Source: Pseudomonadota bacterium
Lineage (GTDB): Bacteria > Pseudomonadota > Gammaproteobacteria > Eutrophobiales > Eutrophobiaceae
Reading direction: 5' to 3'
Assembly: GCA_022574295.1 (NCBI GenBank)
Contig: JACZSJ010000002.1
Location: forward strand, 1-63,384
DNA: 63,384 nt
Numbering within the stretch: the first letter of the stretch is position 1; the number at the start of each line of letters is the position of its first letter. Both the position numbers and the translations under genes were made by a program. The notes below the pieces were generated by a model. It was not told the origin of the DNA and ran no database searches. It saw nothing but the letters and a program-made list of their open reading frames with translations. Below are positions 5,974 through 14,861 of this stretch, one piece after another.

Positions 5974-8049
5974 TTGATGAAGAATGTTAGATTTACAATC
6001 CGCCTTAAGCTGTTGGTTTTGTCTCTTGCTGTTTTAAGTATTCCATTCCTTGGATATGAATATCTGCGTGAGCTTGATCGATATTTAAGAACAAGTCTGG
6101 AGTCCTCGTTAATGGATGCTGCCAGGGCTGTTGCAGGCCCATTACATGAACAATATACATTGTTTCCTTATACACAAGATACAGCAGAAAATTCTCTTTT
6201 CATCCAAAAATTGCAAACTCCAATCCAGCTGGATGGTTATACAGACGATTGGTTAGACTATCTTGCCTGGTCCAATGTTTATCAGCAAGAAAATGAGAAA
6301 GACGAAGATGCTTCACTAAGCTTTAAATTAATTCTGGGTCAGTATGAAAGCAATCTGCAGATATTATTACAAGTTAAGGATCCACACGTCACATATCAAA
6401 AGCCAAACAGCGAATCAATTATTAATAGTGATCATGTAGAGCTTGTGATTGCAGATGAGTATTCTGTCAAGCGGCATTATTATTTTGCCACATCAGCACC
6501 AGGCAGGTTCAACCCCTTTCAGATCGATACAATTATGGACGAATGGTATGAAAAGAGGGAATACATCAGGTATGTGACGAATATTTCTGCAGAGTGGCAG
6601 CAAACGGAGTCAGGTTACAATCTGGAAATATCTATGCCATTGTATTTGCTTGATGAAAGACTGGGATTTATCGTTAGAAGTATAGATGATATCAGGCAAA
6701 AAACTGTTATATCTAGCGTAGGTACAGCAGGTACTGACACATCAACCAGGCCTGGGCGATTACTCAAACCCTCCAGTGAAATTGAAAGGGTGATATCGCG
6801 ACTGGACGACAACGAAGGAAGGCGACTATGGATCCTGGACAGTGCGGCCCAGGTGCTCTCCACTCAGGGAAAATTGCAGAAGGATTTTTCCGATCAGCCA
6901 TTAAATATTTTTTATTCTTTCATCCTTCCAATCGTTCCAAAAGACTTCAAGGATGATCTGGCCGGTGTTTCGAGATTACAGGGAGATGAAGTGAAGATGG
7001 CACTGCAGGGATCGGTGGCATCACGCTGGCGGGCGACACCTGACGAAAAAGCAATTATTGTTTCGGCAGCAGCCCCTATCTGGATCGATGATGAGGTGCG
7101 TGGTGTCGTTGTTGTCGAGGAAACAACAAACAGTATTTTGATGTTACAACGAAATGTTCTGGTGAGTTTGTTTAACAAAACATTGCTTGTGTTTTTTGTG
7201 ATTACCTTATCATTGCTTGTTTTTGCAACACGGTTGTCAGTCAGATTACGTCGCCTGAGTCTGGAGGCCAATGAAGCGATTGACGAACATGGCAGAGTAG
7301 TTGGCGAGATTACCGGGAGCAGTGCCAGTGATGAAATAGGTGACCTATCCAGAAGTTATGCTTCCATGCTTAATCGTTTGAAGGAATATAATAATTATCT
7401 GGAAAGCCTGGCAGGCAAATTATCCCATGAATTAAGAACACCGATGGCCGTGGTGCAATCATCACTGGATAATTTACAGTCAGAGTGTTCAGGAAAGAAA
7501 TCTGAATACCTTGAGAGAGCACAAGATGGAATAAAAAGACTCAATGTGTTGGTGCTAAGGCTGAGTGAGGCGGCAAGGCTTGAACAGGCATTACAAACTG
7601 CCGAAGTAGAATCAGTTGATTTAACATATCTGATCGATCGTTGTGGTGAAGGTTATAAACTGGCCTATCCTGAGTCTGTATTTAAGGTGATGACACCTTC
7701 GGTAAAAATAGAAAAAATATTATCTGCCGATTTGTTTATTCAAATGCTGGATAAATTGGTGAGCAATGCAGTCGATTTCAGTTTGCCGGACAAACCAATC
7801 GAAATTATTCTAGAGAACAATAAAACAACTGTTATCAAGGTGATTAATTATGGTTCAATTTTGCCTGAGGAAATGCAGGCGCAATTATTTAATTCAATGG
7901 TTTCATTCAGGCAAAAGAAAGACGGGCAGCCTCATCTTGGATTAGGGCTGCATATTGCCAGGTTAATTGCAGAATTCCACAATGCAGAAATAACAGCACA
8001 TAATCTTCAGCAAAATGAAGGTGTTGTTTTCAAGATCAGATTCAAATAG
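5974..8049 (+). CDS. sensor histidine kinase with a large periplasmic domain (context: dedicated sortase-system kinase)
   Basis: 691 aa. It has an N-terminal TM, a sensor region of about 370 aa, a second TM, a HAMP-like linker, the H-box SHELRTPM, the N-box LVSNAVDF and the G-box GLGLHIA. It starts 9 nt after the regulator gene; the ATG at 5977 is the probable start. Confidence 0.9.
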   Translation: MMKNVRFTIRLKLLVLSLAVLSIPFLGYEYLRELDRYLRTSLESSLMDAARAVAGPLHEQYTLFPYTQDTAENSLFIQKLQTPIQLDGYTDDWLDYLAWSNVYQQENEKDEDASLSFKLILGQYESNLQILLQVKDPHVTYQKPNSESIINSDHVELVIADEYSVKRHYYFATSAPGRFNPFQIDTIMDEWYEKREYIRYVTNISAEWQQTESGYNLEISMPLYLLDERLGFIVRSIDDIRQKTVISSVGTAGTDTSTRPGRLLKPSSEIERVISRLDDNEGRRLWILDSAAQVLSTQGKLQKDFSDQPLNIFYSFILPIVPKDFKDDLAGVSRLQGDEVKMALQGSVASRWRATPDEKAIIVSAAAPIWIDDEVRGVVVVEETTNSILMLQRNVLVSLFNKTLLVFFVITLSLLVFATRLSVRLRRLSLEANEAIDEHGRVVGEITGSSASDEIGDLSRSYASMLNRLKEYNNYLESLAGKLSHELRTPMAVVQSSLDNLQSECSGKKSEYLERAQDGIKRLNVLVLRLSEAARLEQALQTAEVESVDLTYLIDRCGEGYKLAYPESVFKVMTPSVKIEKILSADLFIQMLDKLVSNAVDFSLPDKPIEIILENNKTTVIKVINYGSILPEEMQAQLFNSMVSFRQKKDGQPHLGLGLHIARLIAEFHNAEITAHNLQQNEGVVFKIRFK

Positions 8050-8063
8050 CATGGTTTTAATGT

Positions 8064-8705
8064 TCAGTCCCAAAAGCGTAAGGCCTGTTTGCCAGGCTCA
8101 TTGGCCGGTCGCGCAAGCAGCCCAGTTTGACTTAAGGTAATTTTAAAACGGGCTTTGTCATTCATGGGGAGATAAGTTGCGGTTCCATAATAGGCATCAA
8201 TCCATGGTAGCCACGATGGGTATCTTTTTGTAATTGACCAGATATCGAGTCCCTTATTTTCTGCCAGTGAATATACGGTACGATTTGCTGTTCTCTCTTC
8301 TTCTATATCACGGTAGCGGCCAGAAATACGTTCAAGACGGTAAAGTGAGTCCAGTCCTGCAAGGTTCATCGGTATGTCCCATTTAATGATTCGTGCGTCA
8401 AGCTGCCACTCTTCTCCCATTAATATGTATTCTGCTACCTGATTATCATCTTCAAAATATATTGTAGCTGAGTATTGTCGGGGGGCAATTTGGTGGAAAA
8501 CAATTTCAGCGATATCCTGCTCATGACTGAGTCGACGATAGGTATGTAGATTCATGGAGAGTGCAATCAGGGCAATTGCTATCACCAGTAGCCCTGAGCT
8601 GAGTGAACTATAGATACCGGCTGATATGAGCTGTCTCTGTCTGAGCCTGGAAAAGGACAACACAAGTAACAATAAGCCTGATAAGGCCATTAAAGCCGCA
8701 ATCAT
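8064..8705 (-). CDS. hypothetical membrane protein (two N-terminal TM helices plus a soluble domain)
   Basis: The ORF track gives 8064..8786. The ATG at 8705 (MIAALMALSG...), preceded by GGAAG, is the likely start. No family recognised. Confidence 0.6.
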   Translation of the reverse strand: MIAALMALSGLLLLVLSFSRLRQRQLISAGIYSSLSSGLLVIAIALIALSMNLHTYRRLSHEQDIAEIVFHQIAPRQYSATIYFEDDNQVAEYILMGEEWQLDARIIKWDIPMNLAGLDSLYRLERISGRYRDIEEERTANRTVYSLAENKGLDIWSITKRYPSWLPWIDAYYGTATYLPMNDKARFKITLSQTGLLARPANEPGKQALRFWD

Positions 8706-8892
8706 ATTCACTTCCAGTGGCAGCTCCAGGATAGTTTCAAGGGTGATTTCAGGGGTGATTTCTGGATACCTCTTAGATATAAGCACTTGATTGTAGTATG
8801 CTTAACGACCGTTTCAGTTATATAATCCCAATGCAAATATTTCTCTGGGTCAAATATACGCGGTTATCTCATGATTAAAAGAATTTAAGGAC

Positions 8893-11319
8893 ATGCCTGA
8901 AGCAAAAGAACAATTCGAAGAAATCATCAAGCAACTTATTCCGATCAGTGATCTCTCTACAGGTGCGCAAAATGATGTGATAGAGGCTGCGGAAATCCTT
9001 GAGTTTAAAAAGAAGAAGTTCGTTTTCAAGGAAGGTATTGAGGATGATTATTCTTATTATGTTCTTGCCGGTGAGTTGGAGTTAATCGCTAATCATCATG
9101 TGCATAACACAATGGTCGGGGGCGCTGAAAATGCCAGGTATGCACTCGCCCAATTACAACCCAGGCAATTCTCAGCCAAGGCAAAAACACCTGTCACTAT
9201 TTTAAGACTGGACAGGGGCGCGCTGGACAGGTTGATGGTGCACGAAGGCAATAAAGAAACAGAATTATTCGACACAACTGCTGAAATGGATGTCAGTCAC
9301 ATAGATGAAGAAGAATCCGGTGACTGGATGACACGAATGTTACAGTCAGAGCTATTTGCCAGGTTGCCGATGGCAAACATCCAGAAACTATTTGCATTTC
9401 TGGAACCTGTTGTGTTTGAAACAGGTGACACAGTGATAAAGCAGGGCGAACCGGGTGATAATTATTACATCATTCAGGAAGGTATCTGCGAAGTCACAAG
9501 GGTCCCCGGAGAAGGTAAAGCTCCCGTTGTATTGGCAGAACTGACCGTGGGTGACAGTTTTGGTGAAGAGTCACTGCTCACAGATACTAACAGAAATTCC
9601 ACCATCACGATGTTGAGCGATGGTATTTTAATGCAGTTAAACAAGGACAATTTCATCGAGTTAATCAAAAAACCCTCCTTAAGTTCAGTCAGCTTTGAAC
9701 AAGCCAGTCAAATTGTTGAAGAAGGAGGTGAATGGATCGATGTTCGGTTTGCCAAAGAGTATAAAGCTTCACACATAGAAACGAGCACCAACATAGCACT
9801 CAATGTCATACGCGCTCAAATAGATAAATTTAGTCCTGACACGCACTATGTGCTTTGTTGTGACACCGGTGGGCGAAGTTCGGCGGCCGCATTTTTACTG
9901 ACACAAAGGGGATTTCATGTTTCCTATCTGGCGGGTGGTTTTGTGTCGAATTCTCAAGCTGCTACGGATGCTGCCGCAGCCCCAGCCATAGAATCAAAAA
10001 AAGCTATTGAAGAGTCTGTTGATAAGCTTGAACAGACTATTGATGAGGTTGATGTTGCTGTCAAGGCATCTGTATTAGAAACAGATTTAGCCAAAAACAA
10101 GATGGAGCTTGAGGCGGCGTACAAGAAACAGAATAGAGAAAAAGAACAGGCGGATAAAAAACAGCAGGAAGCATTAGAGGCAGAGAAGAAGAAACTTGAG
10201 CAGGAAAAGATTGAAATAGAGCAGCAGAAAAAACTGGCTGAAGAGGATCTTGACAGGACACGTGAGGAAGAAATCGTAAAGATTGAAAAGACCAAGAAAG
10301 ATGCTGAGTCTCGGATGCAGGAAGAGAAGGAGAAACTTGAGGCAATCTATTCGAAAAATACTGAAGAAATGAAAAAGCTTCAGGAGATGAAGGCCAGGGC
10401 CGAAGCACAAATTAGAAAGGCACGAGAACAGCTTGAAAAACAGGCCAAAGAAACCAGGCGTGAACTGGATGAAGCGAGAAATTTGAAGAGTAGTGTTGAA
10501 GAGGCAAAAAGGAAAATTGATAAGGAAGCAGAGCAAGCGCGTGTAAAACAGGCTGAATTGGAAAAGAATGTCAAGGCGAAGGCAAAGGCTTTATTGGAAA
10601 AAGAAAAGCGTAAACTTGCAGAAAAAGTAGCGCAGAACAACGAAGAACTGGAGCAGGCAAAACGAGATAAGGCAGTTGCTGAAGCCGGACGTATCGCTGC
10701 AAAAGAAGAAGCTGCAAAAATTATCGAAGAATATAAAGCGCAATTTGCAGAGGAAAAAGCTGAACTCGAAGCTTTACTCAGGGCTGAAAGGGCGAAACTG
10801 GAAAAAGAAGCACAGCAGATTAAGGACAAATTAAACGAGGTCTATAAGGCCAAGAAAGGGGCAGAAGCCGCCAGTAAATTAGCAGAAAAGCAAGCAAGCA
10901 AATTAAAAGTAAAACAGGATAAGAAGATTAAAAAAGAAGGCAAGGAAGATGAATCACTGAAAGTGGAGATGCAGCGTGCAGAAGAGAAACTGGAAGAAGC
11001 AAGGAGAGCACTTGATGATGCTCAGCATGAAGAAAAAATGACAGAGGCTGCAAAAGAAGAAAATGCAGAGGATCTCTTGAGACAAAATGAAGAAGAAAAA
11101 AAGTTAAATCAGCAAATGGCAGCTGAGCTTAACGAATGGAAGGAGGAAGAGGAGGTGAGACAAGAACAATTTAAAGGGAAAGAATCTCAGGCAGAACACA
11201 TCAGGCGTATCCGGGAACGTGCAGAGGCGGCAAGGGAAAAGATGAAGGAATCTGCCGATGATATGTTCGCTGATATTGCTAGTCAGATTGACAGTACGGA
11301 TCATCACAAGCTGCGATAA
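8893..11319 (+). CDS. multidomain protein: two cyclic-nucleotide-binding domains, a rhodanese domain and a ~440-aa Lys/Glu/Ala-rich coiled-coil tail
   Basis: The second cNMP domain has the FGEESLL...RNSTI phosphate-binding cassette; the first is degenerate. The rhodanese loop is CCDTGGRS. From about aa 365 the sequence is a continuous charged heptad-like region (EKKKLEQEKIEIEQQKKLAEE...). Confidence 0.85.
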   Translation: MPEAKEQFEEIIKQLIPISDLSTGAQNDVIEAAEILEFKKKKFVFKEGIEDDYSYYVLAGELELIANHHVHNTMVGGAENARYALAQLQPRQFSAKAKTPVTILRLDRGALDRLMVHEGNKETELFDTTAEMDVSHIDEEESGDWMTRMLQSELFARLPMANIQKLFAFLEPVVFETGDTVIKQGEPGDNYYIIQEGICEVTRVPGEGKAPVVLAELTVGDSFGEESLLTDTNRNSTITMLSDGILMQLNKDNFIELIKKPSLSSVSFEQASQIVEEGGEWIDVRFAKEYKASHIETSTNIALNVIRAQIDKFSPDTHYVLCCDTGGRSSAAAFLLTQRGFHVSYLAGGFVSNSQAATDAAAAPAIESKKAIEESVDKLEQTIDEVDVAVKASVLETDLAKNKMELEAAYKKQNREKEQADKKQQEALEAEKKKLEQEKIEIEQQKKLAEEDLDRTREEEIVKIEKTKKDAESRMQEEKEKLEAIYSKNTEEMKKLQEMKARAEAQIRKAREQLEKQAKETRRELDEARNLKSSVEEAKRKIDKEAEQARVKQAELEKNVKAKAKALLEKEKRKLAEKVAQNNEELEQAKRDKAVAEAGRIAAKEEAAKIIEEYKAQFAEEKAELEALLRAERAKLEKEAQQIKDKLNEVYKAKKGAEAASKLAEKQASKLKVKQDKKIKKEGKEDESLKVEMQRAEEKLEEARRALDDAQHEEKMTEAAKEENAEDLLRQNEEEKKLNQQMAAELNEWKEEEEVRQEQFKGKESQAEHIRRIRERAEAAREKMKESADDMFADIASQIDSTDHHKLR

Positions 11320-11363
11320 TAACGTCCGTTTTATTTAATTAATTCATATTCAGGAGAGGTTAC

Positions 11364-11912
11364 ATGAGTGATCGTATTGTCATGCGCGTGGGTGAAGCGT
11401 TGGTAGCTGGTGGGCCGCCGGGAACTGCAGCAGAACCGGAGGTTATCATTGGAGAACTGGATGGGCCATTCGGGTCTGCTTTTGCAAACCTGCTTGGTGA
11501 TCAGGTCAAGGGTCATACACGTGTATTGGCTATCTTGAATACCGATATTATGGTCAGACCATCGACATTGATGGTCAGTAAAGTCACGGTCAAGGATGAG
11601 CGTTACACAAATATCCTGATGGGTACGGTGCAGGGTGCGATTGCGAATGGCGTACTGGATGCAGTTAGAAATGGTGATATTCCAAAAGAAAAAGTGAATG
11701 ATTTAGGTATTATCGTTTCGGTTTGGTTGAATCCTTCCGTGATAAAAGATGATAATCTGAACCATAAAATTCTATTTGATATTCACCGTAAAGCGACTGC
11801 AGCAGCAATCCATAAGGCGATGAATAATGAACCCGATATCGATTGGTTACTGGAAAACCAGGATGAGATTATCCATAAATACTATCAGATGGGTTTGGAC
11901 GGAAAGATATAA
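11364..11912 (+). CDS. fae: formaldehyde-activating enzyme (Fae) family protein
   Basis: 182 aa. The N-terminal VGEALVAGGPPG...EVIIG, then NTDIMVRPSTLMVSKVT and GTVQGAIANGVLDAV, resemble the Fae / 5,6,7,8-tetrahydromethanopterin hydro-lyase family as I recall it. A strong RBS (AGGAGAG) is present, and the gene starts 44 nt after the preceding gene. Confidence 0.75.
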   Translation: MSDRIVMRVGEALVAGGPPGTAAEPEVIIGELDGPFGSAFANLLGDQVKGHTRVLAILNTDIMVRPSTLMVSKVTVKDERYTNILMGTVQGAIANGVLDAVRNGDIPKEKVNDLGIIVSVWLNPSVIKDDNLNHKILFDIHRKATAAAIHKAMNNEPDIDWLLENQDEIIHKYYQMGLDGKI

Positions 11913-12022
11913 TTTCGTTGTTTAGAACGAATAATTTGGATAAATAACGGCGGTTGGTGTTCAACCACGAGTCGCCAGTTTCCGGTTAAGTTTTGAGGTC
12001 AGTCTTCAGTCCAACATTCAGA

Positions 12023-12859
12023 TCAGGCAGACCAGTGTTCCCAAACAGGGGTTATCGATTTCGGCATGCCAGCTAGTTGACCCAGTTTGATCCAACTATC
12101 ATCGAATCCGTGAAAGTCAGAACCTGCGGATCCCATCAGCTTGAAACGCTCGGCGTGTGAAGCAGCCATTCTTATTTCATCAGCGGTTGAACTCCCGGTC
12201 ACGACTTCAATGCCGTTGCCGCCAGATTCTTTAAAGGCAACAAGAAACCGTCTTAGCCAGCTGGCGGTAATATGATAGCGCATTGGATGAGCAAGTATTG
12301 TTACCCCGCCTGAATCTTTGATTAGTTTGATGCCATCGTCCATTCTTATCCACTTTGTTTTAACAAAACCGGGTTTGTTGTGGATCAAATATTTTCTAAA
12401 GACTTCTCTGGTGTCCTTAGCAAAACCCTGTTTGATAAGGACACGGGCAAAGTGACTGCGTGTTAATGTGTGGTCGCCAGCTATCTCTCTGGCCTCGTGA
12501 TAGGCATTTGCGACACCACTTTCCCCCAGTCGCTTGCCAATTTCAATTGCACGTTCTTCCCTTAACACTCTGGTTTTTTGTATCGATTTTTTTAATGCTT
12601 TGTTATCGGGATCAATGTCAAGGCCAACAATATGAAAATCTTTATCTCTCCATGATACCGAGAGCTCAATCCCGGGAAGCAGTTTTATGTTTTGCCTTTG
12701 TGCCTCATCTACAGCCTGGGCAATGCCTGAGGTTGTGTCATGATCAGTCACCGCAAGCACATCAATACCACAAGCCCTGGCCTGAATAACTAACTCTTCT
12801 GGCGAAAGTTGACCATCAGAAGCCGTTGTATGCGTATGTAGATCATAAACGGGGCACAT
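12023..12859 (-). CDS. PHP-domain phosphoesterase (TrpH/YciV-like, RNase AM family)
   Basis: YDLHTHTTASDG, AVTDHDT and GIELS motifs of the PHP fold; 278 aa. Confidence 0.85.
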   Translation of the reverse strand: MCPVYDLHTHTTASDGQLSPEELVIQARACGIDVLAVTDHDTTSGIAQAVDEAQRQNIKLLPGIELSVSWRDKDFHIVGLDIDPDNKALKKSIQKTRVLREERAIEIGKRLGESGVANAYHEAREIAGDHTLTRSHFARVLIKQGFAKDTREVFRKYLIHNKPGFVKTKWIRMDDGIKLIKDSGGVTILAHPMRYHITASWLRRFLVAFKESGGNGIEVVTGSSTADEIRMAASHAERFKLMGSAGSDFHGFDDSWIKLGQLAGMPKSITPVWEHWSA

Positions 12860-12868
12860 GAAGTTAGC

Positions 12869-13351
12869 TCAATCCCGGAAATTTGTGTACTGCAAGGGAA
12901 GCCCCAGGTTTGCGTCCTTGAGTATTGTCATAATTTCTTGTAAATCATCGCGCTTTTTTCCTGACACACGCACTTGATCACCCTGAATGGTACTTTGAAC
13001 CTTAAGTTTTGACTCCTTTATCAATTTTGTAACTTTTCTGGTAAGTTCCTTATCCAACCCCTGTCTGACTATGATTATTTGTCTTGCTTCATTATTTGAT
13101 TCCTTGATATCACCTTTTTCCAGACAGCCGGCATCAATCTTTCTCTTTGATAATTTATTTTGAAATATGTCGAAGATCTGATGTATCTGAAATTCAGCAG
13201 GGGCTATTAAGGTTATTTCTTCATCCTTATGTTCAACACGTGAGTTACTGCCTTTAAAATCAAAGCGGGTAGATACTTCCCGATTGGTCTGATCAATGGC
13301 ATTTGAGAGTTCATGCATATTGACTTCCGAGACAACATCAAATGATGGCAT
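12869..13351 (-). CDS. yajQ: YajQ-family nucleotide / c-di-GMP-binding protein (UPF0234)
   Basis: MPSFDVVSEVNMHELSNAIDQTNREVSTRFDFKGS... is the canonical YajQ N-terminus; 160 aa. Confidence 0.9.
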   Translation of the reverse strand: MPSFDVVSEVNMHELSNAIDQTNREVSTRFDFKGSNSRVEHKDEEITLIAPAEFQIHQIFDIFQNKLSKRKIDAGCLEKGDIKESNNEARQIIIVRQGLDKELTRKVTKLIKESKLKVQSTIQGDQVRVSGKKRDDLQEIMTILKDANLGLPLQYTNFRD

Positions 13352-13403
13352 AGCGTACTCCTCGTAATATTACAAAAGTATATTTGATTCAGTATAACAA
13401 TTA

Positions 13404-13748
13404 TTAATGAAGAACCTTTATCTGATCATGGTGCATAATTATCTGCCCCTCGGGATGGTCAAGCTGGATATGGTCGACACCTTCTCCCAGGAAGGTGATT
13501 GATCCTTCATATCTGTCATGTCCTTGTAGACTGAATTCGAAGTGATAACGACGCAATATTTTTATTTCCCGGGAATTGTCCCTGCATAGTGTGAATTTAT
13601 GCAGGGCCACTGTTTCGTCTAATAGTTGCAAATCCATATCTCGGCAGATCGTCTTACATTTTTGCATGGCATGTTCACGGAAACGTAAACTGTTTTGCCA
13701 GAACCAGACCAGTATTGCCAATGCAAATAAGAATGTGAGTGCGTTCAT
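13404..13748 (-). CDS. DUF3301-family small membrane protein
   Basis: 114 aa with an N-terminal TM, then ...CKTICRDMDLQLLDETVAL...RRYHFEFS..., typical of DUF3301 as recalled. Confidence 0.65.
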   Translation of the reverse strand: MNALTFLFALAILVWFWQNSLRFREHAMQKCKTICRDMDLQLLDETVALHKFTLCRDNSREIKILRRYHFEFSLQGHDRYEGSITFLGEGVDHIQLDHPEGQIIMHHDQIKVLH

Positions 13749-14794
13749 TCTGAATAGGCAAGAGCATTTCTGAATTGAGGTGTCATTTTTTCGGTAAAAC
13801 TGTCTTTTTCACGAATAATAAATAAAGCAGCAAGATTTTCCCTGAGGGCTAATTCAAAACCACGTTCTGGACCAAGCACAAGCAGGGCAGTGGCCATGGC
13901 ATCAGCGGTCATGGCTGAAGGATGCAAAATAGTCACAGAGGCAAGTTTATGTGTGATGGGTTTCCCGGTTTCCGGATTAATTGTATGTGAATAACGGATG
14001 CCATTTTCTTCAAAATAGTTACGGTAATCCCCTGATGTCGCCATGCCTGTATCATCCAGGGCAACAATAGACTGTACGGTGCGTTGATCACTCAGAGGTT
14101 TCTCGATACCAATATGCCAGGACTTGTTGTCAGGACTGTAGCCTTTCGCCTTTATTTCTCCCCCAATTTCAACCATATAGTTGTTGATATCCAGTTTATC
14201 GAGATAGTCGGCAATGATATCAACAGCAAAGCCCTTTGCAATCGCAGAAAGATCAATCGCTAAATCTGGTTTATCTTTTCTGATTGAATAGGGATTTTGA
14301 CGTAAATGTATATATTGAGAGCCAACTTTATCAAGGGCTTCACTGATTGCTGTATGGTCTGGAACTGTGTCTGGTTTTTCTTCTGGACCAAAGCCCCAGA
14401 GATTGACAACCGGGCCTATGGATATATCAAAAGCATTTTCGCTTAGTACATTTATCCTTAGCGCTTCTTCGATCACAGTATAAAGTTCAGCCGGGATTTC
14501 CGCCCATTCTTTTGTGTCCGATTGGTTGAACAGCGAAAGATCAGAGGTTTCTATATAGGTGGACATTTGTTGATTGACGTTATCAAGCTGACGATTAATT
14601 TCTGCTGATATTACCGAGTGATCCAGTATCGATTCGGAAGGGACTATTTTAACTGTGTAAGTTGTTCCCATGGTGAGTCCAGTCAAAATGATTGATTGCT
14701 GATGTTCAGGGTGTTGTTCACATGCGCTCAGGATCACGATAAGTAAGCACAGGATTTTTGATCTGATTGAAGACTGAACGGATATCATCATCAT
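13745..14794 (-). CDS. apbE: FAD:protein FMN transferase (ApbE), lipoprotein
   Basis: Lipobox LSAC after the signal peptide. GTTYTVK, AFDISIGP, IAKGFAVD and SGDY motifs are present. The start is taken at the triple ATG (14794), preceded by GGTGA; the longer ORF-track start would overlap the upstream gene. Confidence 0.9.
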   Translation of the reverse strand: MMMISVQSSIRSKILCLLIVILSACEQHPEHQQSIILTGLTMGTTYTVKIVPSESILDHSVISAEINRQLDNVNQQMSTYIETSDLSLFNQSDTKEWAEIPAELYTVIEEALRINVLSENAFDISIGPVVNLWGFGPEEKPDTVPDHTAISEALDKVGSQYIHLRQNPYSIRKDKPDLAIDLSAIAKGFAVDIIADYLDKLDINNYMVEIGGEIKAKGYSPDNKSWHIGIEKPLSDQRTVQSIVALDDTGMATSGDYRNYFEENGIRYSHTINPETGKPITHKLASVTILHPSAMTADAMATALLVLGPERGFELALRENLAALFIIREKDSFTEKMTPQFRNALAYSE

Positions 14795-14861
14795 TTCACC
14801 GACTATCGTCGCAGTAACTCTTGCCAATGAATTTCCCCTGATAATTTCTCCATGAGAATAT

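Noticed and set aside
9954-10829. Four long minus-strand ORFs (9954..10295, 10061..10408, 10174..10536, 10380..10829) overlapping one another
   Set aside because: All lie antisense to the Lys/Glu-rich coiled-coil part of the 808-aa gene. Their S/F/C/L-rich translations are the expected complement of GAA/AAG-biased DNA, and they overlap each other in different frames. They are artefacts of low complexity.
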